From Haliotis rufescens (taxonomy: Eukaryota), in assembly GCF_023055435.1 (NCBI RefSeq), contig NW_025964112.1:434001-498000 (forward strand): a DNA stretch of 64,000 bases, given 5' to 3'. This document shows, piece after piece, positions 56,128 through 64,000 of the stretch. Within the stretch, counting starts at the first letter, position 1, and each line of letters starts with the position of its first letter. The notes below the pieces were generated by a model. The model had not been told where the DNA came from. It searched no databases and saw only the letters and a list, made by a program, of their open reading frames with translations. The position numbers and the translations under genes are program-made.

Positions 56128-56239
56128 GTGAGTGAGTGAGTTAATATTTAACGTCACATCGGCAATATTTCAGCCATATCGTGACGAGAATTAATACATT
56201 AATAACAACTAAGTATATATAATTTATAAAAAAACCTGT
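56128..56239 (-). mobile_element. 5'-truncated LINE tail insertion
   Basis: LINE-type 3' stem-loop plus (CACT)n, bounded by a 14-bp TSD CAGTTACAAGTGGA at 56114-56127 and 56240-56253. Confidence 0.8.
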
Positions 56240-56760
56240 CAGTTACAAGTGGAAGTTGAAACTGCAAATAATGAATATAAAGTACCCAACCCGTCAGTAT
56301 AGCAGCAAATAATGAAAGGGCTTTCTAAATTAAGTTTAGGACACTTATATTGTTGTGTAAAAACAGATCCACATAGATACTCAGTATTTCGTACAACGAT
56401 GATTAAAATCCACTTAGATTTGTGAATATTACAAGCATAAGCATCCTATGCAACGTTAGCTGTAATATTGATTCCCACATGCATGAAATAACATGGAGAT
56501 TACACAGGAAAGTAATCGCTACTCGTCGATAATTCCCCATGTTTGTTACATTATCCCATCAACTCTGTGCGAGTGCAATATCACCAATACCGGGAAGCGT
56601 TCATAAAATACTCCAATGACTGACAGGATCACCTTGAAGCTGTCAATAACGAAGTACATGGGTTATGCATATATTCGGCATGATCAGCTAAAATAACAGC
56701 TTGTATTCCACGCACCACCTTGCAGTTGACATGTAGCACATCCGTAGCCAGCATATGACG

Positions 56761-57248
56761 TTGTCTGTTTATTGTTTAACGCCGCACTCAGCAATATTCC
56801 AACTATATGACGGCGGTCTGTAAATAATCTGGACCTGGAAATCCAGTGATTGGCATCATGAGCATCGATCCATACAGTTGGGACACAGCGAGCCTTGACC
56901 ACCCGATTCCGTTGGTCGCTTTTAACGAAACAATTCATCAGTTGCTGAAGACCTATTCTACCCCGGATCTTCACGGCAGGCATGGATTTCTGAAGACCTA
57001 TTCTACCCAGGATCTTCAGGTCAAGCATGGGTTGTTGAAGACCTATTTCACCCCGGATCTTCACGGGAAGCATGGATTTCTGAAGACCTTGTCTATCCCG
57101 GATCTTCACGTCAAGCATGGGTTTTGAAGACCTATTCTACCCCGGATCCTCACGGCAAGCATGGGTTGCTGAAGACCTAGTCTACCCCGGATCTTCACGG
57201 CAAGCATGGGTTGCTGTAGACCTAGTCTACCCCGGATCTTCACGGGTC
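56761..57248 (-). mobile_element. SINE family B with about 7 tandem copies of the ~45-bp head module
   Basis: Tail at ~56765-56820; repeats of GCATGGGTTGCTGAAGACCTATTCTACCCCGGATCTTCACG(G) at ~56940-57248. Confidence 0.85.
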
Positions 57249-57429
57249 GCATGTGAAGATGAGAAGATCCGATACAACGTAATCGTTTGGGAATCTCACC
57301 AACGCTAACTGAGACTCGGACTTCCCTTATAGATGGAAGCAGCTGGGACTTGAACCTTTAAAGGAATAACGACAAATACAGAAGCAACCTCTTATTCCAC
57401 TGATGTGATGTCTGAAAGTGTTTGAGCAT

Positions 57430-58110
57430 TTAGTATTTGTGGTAGCAATTCAGGCAAGGAGTAGGCATCCCAATGGGTACCAGTTGTGTTCGTGCTGATC
57501 TGTTTCCTTGTGCATATGAATAGGAATTTCTGCTCGGATTAGCAAAATCAAAAACACGGCAATTTGTTTAAGAAATATAAGTTAGGCTTCTGGTATATCG
57601 ATGATCTGATATCGTTCAGTAACGCTTAAATAGACAGTTCCCTTTAACTGAGTTACCCACCTGAACTAGAAATACAGGAGACCAGTGTTAGTTAGATCTA
57701 TACATAAAAATTCAGAGTGACAAAAACTGTAAACAAGATTGTATGACAAGAGGTATGACAACTTTCCAATAGTCAATTGTCACTTTATGTCGAGCAATGT
57801 TCCAAACGTTTTTTGTAGACATGTAGGGAACATTGACGCTTCAACATCCACCTTTGGCGTCTACATTTCACAAGTTGTGAGGTACAATCGAGCATGAATT
57901 TTCTACGAAGATTTCAGAAAGCGTCATACGGCTCTTGCTCAAAAGTTGGTTTATCAAGGTTAAAACATTGAAGGCCCTAGCAACGCTTTCAGAAGGCTGT
58001 TTGGTAAGCGAAGTATTGTATTGTTGTTGGTTCAGGTGAACAATTGACTTGCCTTCGCATGTGTTGGTGACGGATGACGCAGGTGGGGCAGGATACGCTT
58101 AACTTGCCAC
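57430..58110 (+). mobile_element. Penelope-like (Naiad/Neptune-type) RT relic
   Basis: QGVGIPMGT..ADLF, YIDDLISF, YPPELEIQET, RLYDKR, MSSN, FGVYISQVVRY, with stops and frameshifts. Confidence 0.75.
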
Positions 58111-58756
58111 CACCTGGCTTCATAACGCATGCGCATGTTATTGTCGGGATCGTTCAATCGACTCTGCTTTTAGGAATATTGAAGGGTTTGGTCACTTTCA
58201 TGTACAGCGAAAGGACTGGGGGTACAATTAATCTCATTTTACGAGTGCTTCGATCTATTTCAACGCTAATGCTCACGAAAGGCGCAATGCAGAATACAGA
58301 ACATCTGTACCAAGTTCAGGGATCAATTTGATCAAGATAGTATACTAGTCGCACCCAATTAAACAGTGATTGAAAGCAGGAGCATGTCAGCAATCAACCA
58401 CCCGACCCCCATTTAAGTGAGTGGTGTGGGTGATCCTGGCACAGTAAGGCTGGTTAGGCTCATCATCAGCTCAGGGCCCTTGCCCCCTCTACACGCAGCC
58501 CAGACAGCGAAAGGGACTTTCCCTTGGAAGCTCTGCAAAAGTCGAACCCACAGATAACTGTTTTGAGAATATTAAGACTCTACAACACTGCAGCCTTCTG
58601 CATTACCCAGATTGCCAGAAGGGCGGGTATTCCCCCAATGTCAGTCAAAATATTGGGAGGTATAAGACCTAAGGCACCAGGAACAATGGGGGAGTCGGAC
58701 AACTTGGTACTTGTGATGCTTTCGTCACATATTTACCGTGTCTTTTCTGAATATTG

Positions 58757-59027
58757 TCCCCCCTGAAGATCCGGGGTAGAACAGGTCTTCAGCAACCCAT
58801 GTTTGCTGTAAAAGGCGACTATGCTTGTCGGAAGAGGCGACTAACGGGATCGGGTGGTCAGGCTCGCAGACTTGTTTGATACATGTCATCGTATCCCAAT
58901 TGCATGGATCGATGCTCATGATGTTAATCACAGGATTGTCTGGTCCAGACTTGATTATTTACAGACCGCCGTCATATAGGTGGAATATTGCTGAGTGCGG
59001 CGTTAAACAACTTACAAACAAACAAAG
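58757..59027 (+). mobile_element. SINE family B, full length
   Basis: Complete head, body and tail; TSD TGAATATTG at 58748-58756 and 59028-59036. Confidence 0.9.
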
Positions 59028-59739
59028 TGAATATTGGCAATCACATTAGTGTCAAAAGGTACAAACAATTCAATGATACGAACGATTTCACTGAATTTAT
59101 TAAAAGGGACAAAATCAGGTTTGATCTGAGGATGGGTACGGTCCTATTCCAAGGAATTTTGAACATACCTTCTACATATTCGTATCATGAATGGATCTCA
59201 TTGCATGGCAAAGACGGTAATAAATTGTTCGAAACACTCCATCATGTCGCATAAGATACTGAGTTTGAGTCACTGCCTCACCGTTTTACACAGTGTCACA
59301 CTCGGCGTGCGAGCGGAAGCCATGATGTTGAAGCAGCAACCGTCGTCCTCACGGTTAGTATACATCCTACTCGAGTCATCACTTGACCCGCTCTTTATAA
59401 CTCGGTTCACTTGTAGCCTCGGGAAAGATACATATGTAAATGTCAAAAGCGGTCTTTTTAATACACGTAATTAAGTTTGAGGATGATTAGTTTCCAGATT
59501 GTCTAAAAAGACATTTGCCTCGTGTGCGTGCTTATGTGAGTGTGTGGAACAGTGACGTTATTAACAGGAGCATTGTACTCTGGATACGTGATTTTTCCAT
59601 CTAAATGTGTAATGAATAAACCTTCAAATTATGAATGACATATTTTAGTATTACATCTAAATGTTTGATGTATTCATCATAAATAATAAATATTAAATCA
59701 AATGCATTTACTTTCAACCAAATAAGACATTGATCTTAA

Positions 59740-60480
59740 TAGTAATGATTCCATGTGTTCGCGAAAAGTTAAGCGTATCCTGCACCACTAGTGGCACCCA
59801 TCACAAACACATGCAAAGGCAATTGTTCACCTGAATAAACACGGGGACATATGGTACAAGCCAAAATAGGGAATTGCATCGCACATACTTTTTGTCATTG
59901 AAATGTCCTCCACATGTCTACCATAAACTTTTTGAAGGCTTTACTGAGGCCTTGAATGTTGTAACCGTGATCAACAACTTGTGAGGCATATCACGCTCTT
60001 TGGAATCTTGGTAGAAAAAGCATGCTCAATTGTATCTTGAAAGTTGTGAAATTTAAACACCAAAGGTTGGAGCTGCTGGAATACTGCTCGACATTAAGGG
60101 AAAGTTGATTATTGGAAAGTTTACGTCATCCCTCTTGTCACGCAGTGTTGTGGTAAGTGTTTTGAGACTCCGAATCTTTGTGCATAGATCTAAATATGAA
60201 ACAAATAAGGCGGTCTCACACGTTTCCTGTATTTCTAGTTCAGGTGGGTTAATCAATGGAAAGGAATTAGGTAGATGATGGTTATTGAACGATATCAGAT
60301 CATCGATATATCTGAAGCTAAAATTAAACTTCTTGGCCAAATAACCTTGTTTTGACTTGTTTTGACTTGTTTTGAGCAGAATTCCGGTTTTAGAATTCCG
60401 AAATCCGAAAGAAGGGAAGCAGAATTGGTGTCTATCGGGATGCCTACTTCTTGCCTAAATGTCTTATCCCAAATTTTACA
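59740..60480 (-). mobile_element. Penelope-like RT relic
   Basis: ORF 60053-60340: FSFRYIDDLISFNN...PPELEIQET...SYLDL...LRDKRDDVNFPIINFPLMSSSIPAAPTFGV. Confidence 0.8.
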
Positions 60481-61395
60481 TAGATGTTATCAATGAGAAA
60501 GTTCAGCATTTCACAGTTGTTTTCTCAGTAAACTTCAGAAGTCCAACCACGCCTGATCCTCTTAATGTTTGTATGTCATAATAACTATTGCCTTGGGGTA
60601 TAACTGATCCTTGGTTTATCGGCCCTAATGCAGTCTGCACACAGTGGAACATTTCTATGATATGCGTAAGTAAGTGATACACTGTATTGATACTGAAATA
60701 CTGTTCAAAGAGGTCTAAGAAACCAATTCGCTCGTCTCAATTGAAATTCTATGGTTTCACTCATATGACAAGCATGAGATACACCAGGGTGTTCATTGAG
60801 TGTATATATGAAAAAAAACCAATCGAGTTACAAAAACAATTATGTCTTAATATAATAAATATTCAAGCAAATGTTTAAACGACACAACAGCGTACAATGG
60901 AAAAAGTGTCATATAACATTAGGTTGTTTTGAAAACCCAATGCAGTTTCTAGCCAGCCGTAAACTTTGTTACCAAAAGGCGTCCATACCCAGACTAAGAG
61001 AAGAAGTACAGTTCAAGAAATACCGACCATTATGTCGGATATTTAGAACCTTCAATTGACAAAGGAGTATCTACCTAAGTCTGTAATGGAGACAACATGA
61101 CAATATGTTCTACTTCTACTCAGATTCCAGTTCTTATTCAACAGATTCGTGATTTCTCTGGCGAAAATCATGTTATGGTTGAAACATAATGTTTCTTTAA
61201 CTTTCCACATAGTTGCCTCAGATTTACTTGTTTAAAAAGCACGTTCAGAATGGCCAGTGCATTCCTTGCTTAGCAAGAATAATACCGTGACGTCATCATA
61301 CTGGTTAAGACATCAATAAACAGACAGGCTAAGGCAAGTGATTTTATGTTCATGCTCAAGCATGATTTTATGCTGTGTTGTATACATACATCACC

Positions 61396-62054
61396 TCAAA
61401 TTTTCAAGATATCATCACAAAACTCATGGTCAGCAATACGACAGTAGAGAGACACAAAGGCTCTCAGTGACCAGTGAAGCCCTGTGGCCGGCACATACAG
61501 TGATTTGCCAAATATGGCGTTGTACATGTGGTAGCCGATACGCCAGGGAAGAAAGAAGCCATGGACCATACTCTGATCCTCCACAAACACATAGGATGAT
61601 GCAAGGTGGCCGTCAACGACAACGGTTCCTGCCAAGGTCGTCGGTGCGTATGCCCCTGTGATTACTTGTTTTCTTATGGCTGTCACTTTCACAGGAACAA
61701 AAGATCCATTCGTCATTTCCGGGCGGAACAGATAATCGCCGACCTCGACCTTTGACGCCATCCGAGTTTCTGGTGAAAGGCTCCAAACTGAAGTCACAAA
61801 AACCACGTGTTCCTTGCTCAATGTCAAGGTAGGGCCATCCTCAGTGTAAAGTATGACGTACTCTACGGGTGTGTGGTCCAGTTTGTGCATCATCAGGTGG
61901 ACGTCACTGAAGGAAATCCGGCCCTCCTCGTCCATGACCATCACTGTGTCACCGATCATCAACTCGCGCATGGTTTTCGTTCTGCCATTCTTCATCTGAA
62001 CCAATGATGATGGTGGAAAGCAACCAGCAGGCAAACTATGGTATTCTTCAAAAA
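61396..62054 (-). CDS. Hog domain exon (Hedgehog-type Hint autoprocessing domain plus sterol-recognition region); terminal exon
   Basis: Acceptor tgtttcAG (62056-62055), phase 1. Encodes G|CFPPSSLV...MRELMIGDTV...FSDV...LTLSKEHVVFV...GAYAPTTLAGTVVVDGHLASSY...HGFFLPWR...GLHW, all recognisable Hedgehog C-domain blocks. Stop TGA at 61398-61396. Confidence 0.93.
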
Positions 62055-62192
62055 CTGAAACATAATGAGCACCGGATCTAATATAGCAGCAACGTAGAGC
62101 CATAAGGAAGAGTATAACATTCAACTCCCTTTGTTCATACAGCAAAACTACCCTGTGGTCTCTTAACCAACTTTACAATATGTCCAATCATT

Positions 62193-62880
62193 ATTCTACC
62201 ATGAATTTTGAATTTACTCGATTCTGATTGGTCACTCAGAGGCTATTAAATCACAATAAACCCCCTCTGATTGAAACAGCTGGGGCCGTATCACCGAGGA
62301 AGCTAATATTCATAGAATAGTACTATTTTCAGTCATTGTCGGTAGGCATATTTAAATAATTATATCTACAATAACAGATTATCCAAATGCACAGATGCGG
62401 TTACTACAATATTCAAAGGATGTGTGGCAATACATTTCGTGCAGAAAAACACGACAGAAATCAACAAAGGGAATGTATTTACGTTTTGGAGACAACAAAG
62501 AGCTTGGAATTTTGGCGCTTTTCTATATATGACTGTGACGTCATATCTTTTGCGTCACAATGAGCGATATGACGTCATAACGTTGACGTGCGATGTAGAG
62601 CGAAAGCCTTGCAAAGCTTGCTTTGTTTTCTTTAGTGATGCCCACCTCATGCTTGCTTACCAAGTTGCCGTGCTTATATGCTTTCAATGCCTGTCATATG
62701 TTCGAGTGAAGTATTACGGTGTAAACAAACTGCTTGAGTATATACAGCACCATATTTTGTTCGGTGATTCCGTAATTCAGATCGATAACCGACTCAAAAC
62801 ACTGAACTCAACCCATGCCGCTTCACTCAGTATATTTGCTAACACCAAAGAGTTCGCGTTTTATTTAGTCAAGGTAGAAT
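62193..62880. mobile_element. Putative non-autonomous DNA element in the same intron
   Basis: Short terminal IR ATTCTACCATGA / TCAAGGTAGAAT; no coding content. Confidence 0.45.
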
Positions 62881-63051
62881 GGAGATAAACATACTGTGTT
62901 TTCAATGTAGAGCTAGGTTACCTGTAGATTTAACCGCGCTAAATTTAATATTTGAAACCTCATGCTGCGCGTTCGGTACCAAATTCAATTTAGCGGGGTT
63001 AAATCCATAGGTAACCTAGCTCTACATTGAAAACACAGTATGTTTATCTCC
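62881..63051. mobile_element. Palindromic MITE in the astacin-Hog intron
   Basis: About 65-bp arms GGAGATAAACATACTGTGTTTTCAATGTAGAGCTAGGTTACC... in inverted orientation; the outer ~43 bp are perfect. Confidence 0.85.
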
Positions 63052-63293
63052 TAATTATTATCTCCACACCATTGCAATAATACAATACGTCTTTGTTTGC
63101 CCTTGAATGACGAATTAGATATTTTAGCACCTTGTCATGTTCTTTGCTACGAACACAAACAATACAACAATTAATTCCTGATACTTTCCTCTTCTTTAGG
63201 TATTTCTTGGAGGTCACAGACAATACAGTATATCATGTAACATATGTCATACGGAGCGAGTAGGCAACTATTACATCATATAGTCACACTTAC

Positions 63294-63611
63294 AATGTAG
63301 AGCATAACTGCACCCAAGTACGGTGATGTCGTGTTGAAAGTTTTCCTTGCCGCATGGATCTCTCCATATCAAAGGGGAAAAGACAGGTTCGCCATTTTTG
63401 GAGTAGGCAAACGGTCCAATGTGGAGTAGAGAACAAATGTCGTAGTTCAAACCAGAACAGTTGAAATTAGTGAAGAAATATTTTTCTATATCAGAGGCGT
63501 TTGGTGAATTTGAAAGAAGCGGCAGATGGTGCCCTGTATAATTGTCAATGGTTAGGTTAAAAATATCCTTTGTTTCATAGAGATGATACCGATGGAAATT
63601 CACCATTGCAC
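63294..63611 (-). CDS. Astacin-like domain, C-terminal exon (Met-turn region)
   Basis: Pyrimidine-rich acceptor ttttgttggttacAG (63613-63612), phase 1, in frame with the previous exon. Encodes NF...YDICSLLHIGPFAYSKNGEP (astacin YDYxSIMHYGxxAFSxNGxP) and QHDITVLGCSY (SxxDIxxxNxxY). Donor GTAAGT at 63293 (phase 1). Confidence 0.9.
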
Positions 63612-63821
63612 CTGTAACCAACAAAATAAATAGCAAATTCTTAAATGTGTTCCACTTATTATGAGAATTATGTTTCGATTTCTGAATGTGATTTTGTGTG
63701 GTGCAGATGCACTTTAGAATGTTTCGTCATATGTTGATTAAAGACACAGAAAGAGATGCAGAAAGTCATCAGCTTTATAATTTGGTAGATTCAGTATTAA
63801 TGACTCGTGAATGTGACGTAC

Positions 63822-63997
63822 CGTCTTCCATGTTGAGAGGGTGTAGAGTTATATACTCATCCCGATCTGCCCTGTTTTGTTCATGCCACATCCCGAGTGT
63901 GTGAAGGAACAGATGCATTATCATGTCCTCACTGATGCAACCGTCGTCGACAGCAACCTCCTGCATCCCCCCTTGTCGACCGACATATGACCAGCAT
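63822..63997 (-). CDS. Astacin-like (M12A) domain exon carrying the zinc-binding motif; internal exon of an astacin-Hog gene whose 5' part lies beyond the window
   Basis: Translates CWSYVGRQGGMQEVAVDDGCISEDMIMHLFLHTLGMWHEQNRADRDEYITLHPLNMEDG, matching astacin CxSxVGR...HExxHxxGxxHEQxRxDRD with E->L. Probable acceptor CAG at 64000-63998; donor GTACGT at 63821 (phase 1). Confidence 0.93.
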
Positions 63998-64000
63998 CTG

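Noticed and set aside
62055-62145. ORF-track N-terminus MLYEQRELNVILFLMALRCC... as the start or signal peptide of a stand-alone Hog protein
   Set aside because: Begins at a non-ATG codon and lies upstream of a good acceptor that is phase-compatible with the astacin exon; more likely intron, though not formally excluded.
61396-63997. Calling this gene hedgehog, an intein, or BMP1/tolloid/meprin
   Set aside because: No HhN domain precedes G|CF; there is no C-terminal His-Asn plus nucleophile splice junction; no CUB, EGF or MAM domains follow the astacin.

Overview
Repeat-rich, intron-containing animal genomic DNA with two N-gaps. The SINE/LINE families suggest a mollusc, possibly an abalone-like gastropod; this is inference only. 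Two host genes are supported. (1) A CD225/dispanin membrane protein with an uninterrupted CDS (27574-28011, +). (2) The last three coding exons of a minus-strand gene (63997-63822, 63611-63294, 62054-61396) that splice in frame through canonical phase-1 GT-AG introns. They join an astacin-fold zinc metalloprotease domain to a complete Hedgehog-type Hog domain (G|CF Hint plus sterol-recognition region). The astacin keeps its three Zn-ligand His but has lost the catalytic Glu and the Met-turn Met/Tyr. The Hint aligns without gaps to Drosophila HhC numbering and carries D46H, T69S and C143S. The inferred product is a self-cleaving, possibly sterol-anchored pseudo-protease, and this is the main candidate novel system. 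The rest is mobile and tandem DNA: a decayed, apparently full-length I/Nimb-type LINE; tRNA-derived SINEs; a tRNA-less SINE whose pseudoknot-like head matches the LINE 5' end; five Penelope-like RT relics (one of which seeded a 36-bp minisatellite); Tc1 and Harbinger transposase relics; MITEs; and several unrelated tandem arrays (61, 56, 52, 49, 36, ~26 and 25 bp units). No CRISPR array, rRNA or bona fide tRNA gene was found.
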